Of a stretch of DNA of 36,365 bases, positions 27,309 through 36,211 are shown in pieces (position 1 is the first letter of the stretch; each line of letters opens with the position of its first letter). The position numbers and the translations under genes are program-made. The DNA lies in NCBI GenBank assembly GCA_012719315.1, contig JAAYAP010000043.1, positions 1-36,365 of the forward strand, written 5' to 3'. The notes below the pieces were generated by a model. It worked only from the letters and a program-made list of their open reading frames with translations. It did not search any database and was not told where the DNA came from. This DNA comes from Methanobacteriota archaeon. Lineage in GTDB: Archaea > Thermoplasmatota > Thermoplasmata > Methanomassiliicoccales > Methanomethylophilaceae.

Positions 27309-28135
27309 TTGCGCTCCACCGTTCTGACGATCCGGTCGACGATCTCCATGAACGCCTGCGCCGATTTGGATTCAGGGTCGGAGATCACCACGGGCATCCC
27401 CTCGTCCCCGGCCCGCACCACGGCGGGCTCCAGCGGGACGCGTCCGAGGAACTGTATGCCCATCTCGGCCGCGGCGGCCTCTCCGCCGCCGGACTTGAAG
27501 ATCTCCGTGGTCTCCCCGCAGTGGGGGCAGACGAATCCGCTCATGTTCTCCACGATGCCGATCACGGGTATCTTGGTCTGCGTCGCGAAGGTGACGCTCT
27601 TCCTGCTGTCGAGCAGAGCCACGTCCTGGGGCGTGGTGACGATGACCGCGCCGTCCGCCTTGGGTATGAGCTGCACGATCGACAGCGCCTCGTCGCCGGT
27701 CCCCGGCGGCATGTCGACGATCAGGTAGTCGAGGTCCCCCCAGTTGACGTCCTCGATGAACTGCTTCACCGCCGTCATCTTGATGGGTCCCCTCCACATG
27801 ATGGCCGAATCCCTGTCGGGGAGCAGGAACGCCATCGACATCAGCTTCAGGGAAGGGGGCACGATCACCGGCTTCAGCAGGTCGCCGTCCGCGGTGAGCT
27901 TCTCGTCCTCGACGTGGAACATCTTGGGGATGTTCGGACCGGTGATGTCGATGTCCATCAACCCGGTCTGATGCCCTGCCATCGACAACGCGATCGCGAG
28001 GTTGGACGAGACCGTGCTCTTACCGACACCGCCTTTGCCGCTCATGATGATGATGACGTGTTTGATCCGGGCAAGACTGTCGCTGAGTCTCGTCTGCTCC
28101 TCTATATCCTTCTCGCTCAACATGGGTTTAGACAT
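27305..28135 (-). CDS. Mrp/NBP35 (ApbC) Fe-S carrier ATPase
   Basis: SGKGGVGKST, DIDITGP, WRGP, DMPPGTGD, VTTPQ, ENMSGFVCPHC; AGGAGG SD before ATG 28135. Confidence 0.95.
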   Translation of the reverse strand: MSKPMLSEKDIEEQTRLSDSLARIKHVIIIMSGKGGVGKSTVSSNLAIALSMAGHQTGLMDIDITGPNIPKMFHVEDEKLTADGDLLKPVIVPPSLKLMSMAFLLPDRDSAIMWRGPIKMTAVKQFIEDVNWGDLDYLIVDMPPGTGDEALSIVQLIPKADGAVIVTTPQDVALLDSRKSVTFATQTKIPVIGIVENMSGFVCPHCGETTEIFKSGGGEAAAAEMGIQFLGRVPLEPAVVRAGDEGMPVVISDPESKSAQAFMEIVDRIVRTVERK

Positions 28136-28224
28136 CTGTGGTCCTCCTGGAATGGACACAAATGTTGGACTACACTTATAAATCTATCAAAACAGATTTA
28201 TCCGCCCGCCGCCATCACTGCCGT

Positions 28225-28626
28225 ATGCCGTTGGGCGATCCGGGCGGAGGGGAGTTCACATACACGACCGAAGGTCTGCCCCGGAACCTCTTCGTCGCGG
28301 TCATACCGGTGAGCGATCCCGGGGCCAGCCTGGTTTTCTACGAAGAGGTCCTGGGCATGCGCGAGGCGTACCGTTCCGACGGCGAGATCGGCGTGATGCG
28401 CGAGGCCGCGCGGTTCATCCTGCGCCGGGCGGACGCCGTCGGCGTCGACACCGGCATCTACGTCGGCGTCGACAGCGCCTACGACCTCCACCGCCGCCTG
28501 GTCGACGAGGGCATCGACTTCGTGCAGTACCCCAAGCGGGAGCCGTGGGGGGTCAGCACGGCCTTCCTCGATCCCGACCGCAACATCATCCGGGCGATCG
28601 AGCTGTCCGACGGGCCGCCTGCATAA
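28225..28626 (+). CDS. VOC/glyoxalase-superfamily protein
   Basis: IPVSD...SLVFYEEVLG, P..EPWG...FLDPD.N. Confidence 0.85.
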   Translation: MPLGDPGGGEFTYTTEGLPRNLFVAVIPVSDPGASLVFYEEVLGMREAYRSDGEIGVMREAARFILRRADAVGVDTGIYVGVDSAYDLHRRLVDEGIDFVQYPKREPWGVSTAFLDPDRNIIRAIELSDGPPA

Positions 28627-28658
28627 GTGTTTTATCGGCATCCGCCTTAGCCGTCGGC

Positions 28659-29243
28659 ATGAAAGTCATCGCCCTCAACGGCAGCCCGCGTCTGATCGGC
28701 AACACCGGCAACGCCCTCAACGACGTCCTCGACGAGATCGAGAAGGAAGGCATCGAAGTGGAGCAGATACAGCTGTACGCCCATCACCTGGAGCGGTGCA
28801 ACGACTGCAGATCGTGCATGATCCGCGGCGACGGCCGCTGCATCATCGAGGAGGACGACCTCAACGACATCCTCGACAAGCTCAGGCAGGCCGACGGCAT
28901 CATCCTCGCCTCGCCCTGCTATTACGGCTCCTGCTCGAGCCAGATGCAGACCTTCCTCGAACGCGCCGGCCTGCCGCTGGAGACCGGCGACATGGGTCTG
29001 AAGCGGAAGGTGGGCGCGGCCATGGTCGTCAACGCGCACGACGGCGGTTCGCTCGTCCATGCGCAGCTGGTCGGCTGGATGCTCCGCAACGAGATGGTCG
29101 TCGTCGGCGGCAACCCCGCTCCGATACTGAACGCCCTCAACTCCCCCCAGTACCTGGAGGACAAGCAGGGCATGCGGGCGGTCACCCGCATGGCCCGCGA
29201 GATGGCCTGGGCGGTGCTCAGGCTCAACGGGCTCGACTGCTGA
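28659..29243 (+). CDS. Iron-sulfur flavoprotein (Isf-like flavodoxin family)
   Basis: NGSPR..GNT, CxxCxxCx7C, ADGIILASPCY. Confidence 0.9.
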   Translation: MKVIALNGSPRLIGNTGNALNDVLDEIEKEGIEVEQIQLYAHHLERCNDCRSCMIRGDGRCIIEEDDLNDILDKLRQADGIILASPCYYGSCSSQMQTFLERAGLPLETGDMGLKRKVGAAMVVNAHDGGSLVHAQLVGWMLRNEMVVVGGNPAPILNALNSPQYLEDKQGMRAVTRMAREMAWAVLRLNGLDC

Positions 29244-29249
29244 CGGGCC

Positions 29250-29972
29250 TCAGAAGAAGTGGAACCCGCAGCCTTCCTCGGACGAGATCCTGCCGACGGC
29301 GCCGAGCCGCTCCAGCGGACCGGAGTAGCGTCTGACCATCATCTTGCCCTCGCTCGGGAGCACCTCGGTCAGCCTCTCCACCTCCTCCAGGAGGGTCAGG
29401 GCGTCCTCGGGCGTGAAGATCCTGCCGGCCGCGGCGGCTTCCGGCACCGATGCGACGAACGGGCAGCCGTGCCTGCCGGCGATCTCCGGCAGCAGGCTGT
29501 TGTCGGGGCCGAACGTGCCGATGCAGCCCCTGCCCTTGTCCCATGACAGCCTGCAGCGCCCGCAGATGTCCTTCATCTCGTCGAACCCGATCAGATCCCA
29601 TCCCGTGAGGCGGTTCTCGGGCGCGGAGGCCGACAGCACCGCCTCCCGGCGTTCCGGGGACAGGCCCTCCAGCGGCACCCAGCCCGTGTGACGCAGCCCG
29701 CTGAACGGCGCGAGCAGGGCGATGTCGCCCGCATCCCTGATCTTCTCGAGATAGACGGCGTCGGCATCCGCGCCGATGCGGTTCCTGTCGGTGAACTGCT
29801 CCCAGTCGGGGAACAGCTCCCTCGCCTTCTCCAGGGTCACGATCCGGTCGGATTCGGAGATGTCCTCGAATCCCCGGACGTCGTCCACCCTCGCCTTGCG
29901 GATGTCCAGCCTCATCTCCCTGCACAGGGCGTTCTCCGCCTCTATCTCGATTATGCCTATGTTTATGCCCAT
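29250..29972 (-). CDS. Hypothetical protein with several Cys (240 aa)
   Basis: MGINIGIIE...GCGFHFF fills the gap exactly; TTATAAT box about 30 nt upstream. Confidence 0.8.
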   Translation of the reverse strand: MGINIGIIEIEAENALCREMRLDIRKARVDDVRGFEDISESDRIVTLEKARELFPDWEQFTDRNRIGADADAVYLEKIRDAGDIALLAPFSGLRHTGWVPLEGLSPERREAVLSASAPENRLTGWDLIGFDEMKDICGRCRLSWDKGRGCIGTFGPDNSLLPEIAGRHGCPFVASVPEAAAAGRIFTPEDALTLLEEVERLTEVLPSEGKMMVRRYSGPLERLGAVGRISSEEGCGFHFF

Positions 29973-30071
29973 GTCCGATCGCCTCCGACATGAGTCTCCG
30001 GGATTATAAGCAACCCTGTCGGGGCGGATATCGGCGCAATCATGATTAATCCGGAGATTGATGGGCATGCG

Positions 30072-30563
30072 ATGGCAGACATAATGATCCGCAAGCGGAA
30101 GAGGATGAAGGTCAAGGAGATCAGGGTGTACTCCAAGGGGCTGGAGGAGATCTTCGGCGTCCCGGTCTTCACCGAGGACGAGCCGGTGGATTTCGCCGAG
30201 AGCTCCGAGTTCGACCTGCTCTTCGCCGGCAACGACATCGTCGGATTGGTTCATGAAGGACGGCCGTTCCTCACCGTCAGGGGGCTGATCAGGTACCGGC
30301 CGGAGCGGAGGGCGGTCACCGTCGACATGGGCGCGGTGCCGTTCATCTCCAAGGGCGCGGACTGCATGGGCCCGGGCATCGTCGACGCCGATCCCGGCAT
30401 CGAGGCGGGGGACCTCGTCTGGATCAGGGACGTGCGCAACAGGGTGCCGCTGGCGGTCGGCATCTCGGAGCGCTCGGGCGCGGAGCTGACGGAGAAGGGG
30501 CCGGGCAAGGCGATCCTCTCGCTGCACCATGTCGGCGACAAGCTCTGGAAGACGGGGGAGTGA
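30072..30563 (+). CDS. PUA-domain RNA-binding protein (MCT-1/Tma20-like)
   Basis: VTVDMGAVPFISKGADCMGPGI, GKAI..LHHVGD.LW. Confidence 0.92.
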   Translation: MADIMIRKRKRMKVKEIRVYSKGLEEIFGVPVFTEDEPVDFAESSEFDLLFAGNDIVGLVHEGRPFLTVRGLIRYRPERRAVTVDMGAVPFISKGADCMGPGIVDADPGIEAGDLVWIRDVRNRVPLAVGISERSGAELTEKGPGKAILSLHHVGDKLWKTGE

Positions 30564-30566
30564 GCG

Positions 30567-30902
30567 ATGGGAGGAGATGCCGCGGGCAGGAAGGTGTTCG
30601 TCGACCTGAGCACGTACCCGACGCGGACCAGGACGCCGTCCGGCGCCCGCGTCAAGATGGTGGACGTCATCACCCGGCGGGACCTGAAGGCGCTGACCGA
30701 TATGGCGTACGGAGGCGGCGTCATCGTCATGGACTTCTCCCGGTTCGCCGACGGGGACCTGCAGAAACGGAGCATGGCGGACGAGCTGATGAGGACGGCC
30801 GCCGATGTCAACGGCGCGTTCATGGAGGTCTCCGACCGCATCATGATACTGAGTTGCAACGGCATGCCGATCGACAGGGTCAGGCAACCATCCGGGGGCT
30901 GA
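30567..30902 (+). CDS. sepF: Cell division protein SepF (short archaeal form)
   Basis: FVDL, D..Y.G.VIVMDF, L...A.DV.G pattern; follows the PUA gene as in many archaea. Confidence 0.75.
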   Translation: MGGDAAGRKVFVDLSTYPTRTRTPSGARVKMVDVITRRDLKALTDMAYGGGVIVMDFSRFADGDLQKRSMADELMRTAADVNGAFMEVSDRIMILSCNGMPIDRVRQPSGG

Positions 30903-30906
30903 GACG

Positions 30907-32202
30907 ATGACCAAGGGCGGCAAGACCGTGTTCGATCCCGTGCACGGGAGCGTGAAGGTCTCCGGCCTCCAGTTGGAGCTGCTGGACCGCCACGAGATGC
31001 AGAGGCTGCGCTACGTCAGGCAGCTGGACATGGGTTATCTGGTCTTCCCGGGCGCGAACCACACGCGGTTCGAGCATTGCCTGGGCACCTTCCACCTCGC
31101 CGGACGCATGGCGGACGCGCTGGAACTGACCGGGACGGAGAAGGCGGAGGTGGTCACGGCGGGGCTGCTGCACGACATCTCGCACGCACCCCTGTCGCAC
31201 ACGCTGGAGGAGTTGATCGTCGAACGCACCGGCAAGGACCACATGAGCATGGCCAGGGAGATCGTCATGGGCCGGACGCAGACCTTCCGCGAGCGTGACG
31301 CGGACCTCTTCGGCGGGACCTGCTCCATCGCCGAGGCGATCGCCGACGCGGGACTCGATCCCGGGCGCGTCTGCGACATCATCGAGCATCCGCGCTCGCG
31401 CTCGCCGTCCGCCGGATGGAGGTCGCATTTCTCGCCCGAGGACCTCCTCCATCAGATCATCCACGGGCCGATCGACGCCGACCAGATGGATTATCTCCTG
31501 AGGGATGCCCACTACACCGGGGTGAAGTGGGGGGCGATCGACGTGGAGCGCATCCTCGACACGATCGGGGTCTGCAACAACCGCCTGGTCATCGACCGGG
31601 GCGGCACGGTCGCCGCCGAGGGCCTGATGATGGCGCGGTCGATGATGTACTCAGCGGTCTACTACCACCTCACGGTGAGGATCTTCAAGATGATGCTGGT
31701 CAAGGCGGTGGAGTGCTCGGCCGTCGACCTCGGCGCGGTGCACACCTGGAACGATGCCGACCTCTTCGACGCGCTCGTCGCCGAAGGCGGACGGCCGTCC
31801 CTGCTGGCCCGCTCGGTGATGTCGCGCCGCCCTTACAAGACGGCGCTGACCCTCCGCAGCGAGGAGACGGACGAGGAGACGGCGGCGATGCTGGCCCGGT
31901 ACACCCCGTACGGGTCGCGACGGGCGCTGGAGGAGGAGCTGGCCGGCAAGCTGGGCCTGGACGTGTCCGAGGTGATCGTCGACATGCCCTCCGAAGCGGC
32001 GATGCTCTCCAAGGCCAGGATCGGCAAGACCGACGTGGCGGTGCTCGACGGCAACGGCAGGGTCAGGCCGCTGACGCGCCTGTCGTCGGTGGCCAAGGGC
32101 CTGCAGTCCCGCGATCCGTTCGGATGGAAGCTCTCGATCGCGGTGCCGGCAGGGCACGAGGAGAGGGCGGCCGCGGCCGCCCGTCGGATCCTCAGCCTTT
32201 GA
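30907..32202 (+). CDS. HD-domain phosphohydrolase (SAMHD1/dNTP triphosphohydrolase-like)
   Basis: DPVHG, QRLRYVRQL, FPGANHTRFEH, LLHDISH.PLSH, DADQMDYLLRD, MYSAVYYH. Confidence 0.92.
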   Translation: MTKGGKTVFDPVHGSVKVSGLQLELLDRHEMQRLRYVRQLDMGYLVFPGANHTRFEHCLGTFHLAGRMADALELTGTEKAEVVTAGLLHDISHAPLSHTLEELIVERTGKDHMSMAREIVMGRTQTFRERDADLFGGTCSIAEAIADAGLDPGRVCDIIEHPRSRSPSAGWRSHFSPEDLLHQIIHGPIDADQMDYLLRDAHYTGVKWGAIDVERILDTIGVCNNRLVIDRGGTVAAEGLMMARSMMYSAVYYHLTVRIFKMMLVKAVECSAVDLGAVHTWNDADLFDALVAEGGRPSLLARSVMSRRPYKTALTLRSEETDEETAAMLARYTPYGSRRALEEELAGKLGLDVSEVIVDMPSEAAMLSKARIGKTDVAVLDGNGRVRPLTRLSSVAKGLQSRDPFGWKLSIAVPAGHEERAAAAARRILSL

Positions 32203-33643
32203 CGACGCCGATCGGCCTCAGCCGCACGACCCTGTCGGCGATCCCGGCGTCGCAGACGACCCTGATGACCTCGTCGACGTCCTTGTACGCCAGGGGAGCC
32301 TCCTCCCTCAGCCCTTCGTCGGTGCCGCTGCGGAGGCAGATGCCGCTCTCGGCCATGCCCTCCTTGATCGCCTTGGCGCTGGTGCTGCCGATGGCGGCCT
32401 TGCGCGACAGCCGGCGGCCGGCGCCGTGGCAGGCCGAGCCGAACGTCTCGTCCATCGCGCCCTGCCGGCCGGCGAGCACGTAGGTGCCGGCCATCATGTC
32501 GCCCGGGACGATGACCGGCTGCCCGAGCTCGCGGTACTCCGGGGCGATCTCCCGTCTGCCGGGGGCGAAGGCGCGGGTCGCGCCCTTCCTGTGCACCAGG
32601 ACGTCCATGTCGCGGCCGTCCACTCTGTGGCGCTCCTTCTTGGCGATGTTGTGGGCGACATCGTAGACCATCCGCATGCCCATGTCCTCGGCCGATCCGC
32701 CGAGGGCGTTCTCGAACGACTCCCTGATCCAATGGGTGATCATCTGCCGGTTGGCCCAGGCGTAGTTGGCCCCGCAGCACATCGCCTTGTAGTAATCGTC
32801 GCCCTGCCGCGAGGACAGCGGGGCGCAGGCCAGCTGCCGGTCCGGCAGCTCCACCGAGTTCTCCCTGATGTAGCGTTCCATGACCTGGAGGTGATCGGTG
32901 GCGATCTGGTGCCCGCACCCTCTGGAGCCGCAATGCACGGTGACGGTGACCGTGCCCTCGCGGAGCCCGAATCCCGTGGCGGTGCGTTCGTCGTAGACGG
33001 TGTCGACGACGTCCAGCTCCAGGAAGTGGTTGCCGGAGCCCAGCGACCCCAGCTGGGGGATGCCCCGTTTGAGGGCCTTGTCGCTGACCTTCGCGGGGTC
33101 GGCGTCCTCCATGCACCCGCCTTCCTCGGTGACCGCGAGGTCGCTCTCCCATCCGTAGCCGTTCTCGACCGCCCAGGCCGATCCGCGCCTGAGGATGTCG
33201 TCGAGGTCCTTGCCGGTGAGCTTGGTCAGGCCCTTGGAGCCGAGGCCCGAGGGGACGTTCCGGTACAGCTCGTCCATCAAGCCGCCGAGCCTGCCCCCGA
33301 TGTCCTCCGGCGTCAGGTCGGACGCGATCAGGCGCACCCCGCAGTTGATGTCGAAGCCGATGCCGCCGGGGGAGATGGAGCCGGTGTCGGCATCGACCGC
33401 GGCCACGCCGCCGATGGGGAACCCGTACCCCCAGTGTATGTCGGGCATCGCCAGCGAGCTCCCGACGATCCCCGGCAGGCAGGCGACGTTGGCCGCCTGC
33501 TGCGGCGCGTTGTCGCTTCTGATCTGCTCGATCATGGACTCGCTGGCGTATATCACGGCATTGGTCCTCATGCCCGGCATGTAGTCTTGGGGTATCTCCC
33601 ATCTGTTCTCGTCGATCCTGTTAAGCGTGCCGTTCCATGCCAT
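32192..33643 (-). CDS. rtcB: RNA-splicing ligase RtcB, no intein
   Basis: MPDIHWGYGFPIG, GFDINCG, LGSGNHF, HCGSRG, HNIAK, HRKGA, HGAGR, EEAP.AYK. Confidence 0.97.
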   Translation of the reverse strand: MAWNGTLNRIDENRWEIPQDYMPGMRTNAVIYASESMIEQIRSDNAPQQAANVACLPGIVGSSLAMPDIHWGYGFPIGGVAAVDADTGSISPGGIGFDINCGVRLIASDLTPEDIGGRLGGLMDELYRNVPSGLGSKGLTKLTGKDLDDILRRGSAWAVENGYGWESDLAVTEEGGCMEDADPAKVSDKALKRGIPQLGSLGSGNHFLELDVVDTVYDERTATGFGLREGTVTVTVHCGSRGCGHQIATDHLQVMERYIRENSVELPDRQLACAPLSSRQGDDYYKAMCCGANYAWANRQMITHWIRESFENALGGSAEDMGMRMVYDVAHNIAKKERHRVDGRDMDVLVHRKGATRAFAPGRREIAPEYRELGQPVIVPGDMMAGTYVLAGRQGAMDETFGSACHGAGRRLSRKAAIGSTSAKAIKEGMAESGICLRSGTDEGLREEAPLAYKDVDEVIRVVCDAGIADRVVRLRPIGVVKG

Positions 33644-33681
33644 GGTTGATGGACCCTCCTGCGGGTATTAAAAATCAAAGG

Positions 33682-33759
33682 TGGGGCCCGAGCCGAGATT
33701 TGAACACGAGTCGGGGGATCCACAATCCCCTAGGATAACCAGGCTACCCTACTCGGGCC
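33682..33759 (-). tRNA. tRNA-His(GUG) with encoded G-1, C73 and CCA
   Basis: G-GCCCGAG/CTCGGGC-C-CCA acceptor; GGGGA-TT-GTG-GA-TCCCC anticodon arm; TTCAAAT T loop; GAAACATTTATTAA promoter about 29 nt upstream. Confidence 0.93.
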
Positions 33760-33891
33760 ATATGATACGGCGCTGATTATGTCGCCGTTAATAAATGTTT
33801 CTGATTCGCGGGATCCCGGCGGCATCCGGCCGGTCCCGGGCTCCGGAACGGGCGCATGAGTATATTTAGTCCTGCGGACATAGGTGTGCAC

Positions 33892-34806
33892 ATGGCAAAG
33901 AAGAATCTGATATCCGTCCTGGATATGAAGGATGAGTGGCCGGATCTGGTGGAGCTCTCGGTCAAGCTGAAGGCCGAGCGCGGCAACCACGGCGCGCCGC
34001 TCAAGGGCAAGACCCTGGCGATGATGTTCGAGAAACCCAGCACCCGGACGCGCATCTCCTTCGACGTGGCGATGACCGAGCTGGGCGGGCATGCGCTCTA
34101 CATCGACATCCCCAGCATGCAGATGGGCCACGGGGAGACGGTCGAGGACACGGCCAAGGTGATGAGCCGGTTCGTGCACGCGATCATGTACCGCGCCTTC
34201 GACTACAAGATCATGGACAAGGTGGGGGACAGCGCCACCATACCGGTGATCAGCGGGCTCGACAACCTCGAGCATCCCTGCCAGGCCCTGGCCGACATGC
34301 TCACGGTCAAGGAGAAGAAGGGCTCGTTCCGCGGCAGGAAGCTGGTCTACCTCGGCGACGGCAACAACGTCTGCAACTCGCTGCTGTACGCGTCGGCCAT
34401 CGTCGGTCTGGACATGGTCGCCTGCTGCCCCGCGACGCGGATGCCCAACGCGGAGATCATGCTCAACGCTTCGCGCATCGCCGATGCCAACGGCAGCAGC
34501 ATCAGCGCCTCGCACAACCCCCTCGAGGCCTGCAAGGACGCCGACATACTGTACACGGACACCTGGGTGTCGATGGGCGACGAGACCCCGGTCGAGAAGG
34601 CGGTCAAGATCTTCCAGATGTATCAGATAAACGATGACCTGCTCGCGTTGGCGAAGCCGGACTGCATCGTCATGCACTGCCTGCCCGCCCACAGGGGGCA
34701 GGAGATCACCGCCGAGGTCATGGACGGGCCTCAGAGCGTCGTCTTCGACCAGGCGGAGAACCGGCTGCACGCGCAGAAGGCGGTGCTCTACACCCTGCTC
34801 AGATGA
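33892..34806 (+). CDS. argF: Ornithine carbamoyltransferase
   Basis: FEKPSTRTR, HPCQ, GDGNNV, TDTWVSMG, HCLP, DQAENRLH. Confidence 0.97.
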   Translation: MAKKNLISVLDMKDEWPDLVELSVKLKAERGNHGAPLKGKTLAMMFEKPSTRTRISFDVAMTELGGHALYIDIPSMQMGHGETVEDTAKVMSRFVHAIMYRAFDYKIMDKVGDSATIPVISGLDNLEHPCQALADMLTVKEKKGSFRGRKLVYLGDGNNVCNSLLYASAIVGLDMVACCPATRMPNAEIMLNASRIADANGSSISASHNPLEACKDADILYTDTWVSMGDETPVEKAVKIFQMYQINDDLLALAKPDCIVMHCLPAHRGQEITAEVMDGPQSVVFDQAENRLHAQKAVLYTLLR

Positions 34807-36211
34807 ATTGAATCGAGACCAGGTCCTCGACGATCTCCAGGAAATCCTCTTCCATGCCGAGGGGTATGGTGGCGCCGGCGGCCACGCGGTGGCCGCCTCC
34901 GTAACCCCCGACCAGCTCGGCCGCCTTCTTCATGACGAAGGAGAGGTCGAGCCCGCGGTCGGCGAGCGCGTACGTGGCCCTGGCGGAGACCTTGATCCCC
35001 TCGTCGGATTCGGCGAAGGCGATCAGCGGCAGTTCGCGCCGGGCGTTCCCGGAGTTGACCAGCATGCCGGCGACGATGCCGACGATGGTCTCGCGGATCT
35101 CGGGCCCGGAATCGAAGTACTGGATGAACCGGCGTTCGCGGATGAGCCGGTTGTCCCTGACGTAGGCGAGCGCGGCCGAGATGTTGCGCCGATGGTTCTC
35201 GCGATTCCGTTCGGCGTCCTCCAGGGCGGTGAGGTCGCCTTTGCAGATCCTCAGGCCGGTGGCGGCATCGTCGTACCTGCCGCACGAGTTGAGGATGGTG
35301 GAATACTCCTTGGCGTCCCTGAGCCCGCTGCCGCGCCCGTACCTGGGTATGGTGTAGACCTCGCCGAACATGGCGGGGCCGGCCGCCGTCTCCTCGGCCC
35401 GGTAGAGCAACTCAGCGGTCGCTCTGGATTTCTCGTCGACCTCGAGGTCGTTCCACACCCGCCATGCTTTGCCGTCCCTCAGGGGTATGTCCAGGTCCCC
35501 GAAGAACCTGACGCAGCCCTCGCGGTCGCCGGAGAGCCCCGGCATCGACGGGTCGCCGCAGTACTGGAGCAGCTGCACCAGCGGGCGCGTCTCCCGGCCG
35601 AACAGCCGGATGTCGTCCTCGATGATCACATCGCCGGCGGCGACCGCATCCCCGAGCACGAGGCGGTTGCACCCGCTCAGGCCGGTGCCCCGGCTGTCCT
35701 GGAAATCGCCCACCGCGCCGATCACGCCCAGGTAGGCGAGGTCGCGGTTGGCGGGGTCGATCGTCTTCGACAGCAGGTACGCCATGCCGGCGCCGCAGAT
35801 CTCGCTGGTGCCGTCGATCCCGTAATTATGCGGGTTCAGATGGTGGATGGCGGTGAAATCGTCGATGCGGGTCTGATTGACCCGGAAGCCGGTGTCGGGG
35901 ACGTGATGGTCGGTGATTATGATGCCGGGCCGCTCGAACCGGGAGAGGTAGCCGCTGCCCAGGTCGGTCAGCCAGACGAGGTCGGCGGTCCCGTTGTTGA
36001 TGCGCTCCACGGCCGCGTCGGTGATCTGCTTCTCGAAAGTCACGGTGTGCGGGATGCCGAGCCTCTCCAGCGTCGTCGATGCCACCGCGCCCGCGGTGAT
36101 GCCGTCGGCGTCTATGTGGGTTATCACCTCCGCGTCGCCCGCCGAACGCACGGCCGCCGCAGCCTTCGCCAGGTCGGCTTCGAACCTCCTCTCGGCCTCG
36201 GCCGACATCAT
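34799..36211 (-). CDS. Archaeal RecJ-like DHH/DHHA1 phosphoesterase
   Basis: HIDADG, DLGSG, DHH, GAVGD.Q, SAR, GGGH..AAGA; start 36211 or 36208 after GGAGG. Confidence 0.9.
   Translation of the reverse strand: MMSAEAERRFEADLAKAAAAVRSAGDAEVITHIDADGITAGAVASTTLERLGIPHTVTFEKQITDAAVERINNGTADLVWLTDLGSGYLSRFERPGIIITDHHVPDTGFRVNQTRIDDFTAIHHLNPHNYGIDGTSEICGAGMAYLLSKTIDPANRDLAYLGVIGAVGDFQDSRGTGLSGCNRLVLGDAVAAGDVIIEDDIRLFGRETRPLVQLLQYCGDPSMPGLSGDREGCVRFFGDLDIPLRDGKAWRVWNDLEVDEKSRATAELLYRAEETAAGPAMFGEVYTIPRYGRGSGLRDAKEYSTILNSCGRYDDAATGLRICKGDLTALEDAERNRENHRRNISAALAYVRDNRLIRERRFIQYFDSGPEIRETIVGIVAGMLVNSGNARRELPLIAFAESDEGIKVSARATYALADRGLDLSFVMKKAAELVGGYGGGHRVAAGATIPLGMEEDFLEIVEDLVSIQFI

Noticed and set aside
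30561..30569. Selenocysteine or readthrough fusion of PUA and SepF (same frame, TGA GCG ATG)
   Set aside because: The PUA protein is complete at the TGA, an SD-like GGGGAG precedes the sepF ATG, and no SECIS was seen
29973..30923. 557-aa minus ORF as one protein
   Set aside because: The upstream part is antisense to PUA and sepF; only 29250-29972 looks coding
4815..33643. Inteins in DP2 or RtcB; introns in the tRNAs
   Set aside because: Lengths (1127 and 483 aa) and motif continuity are normal; both anticodon loops are 7 nt
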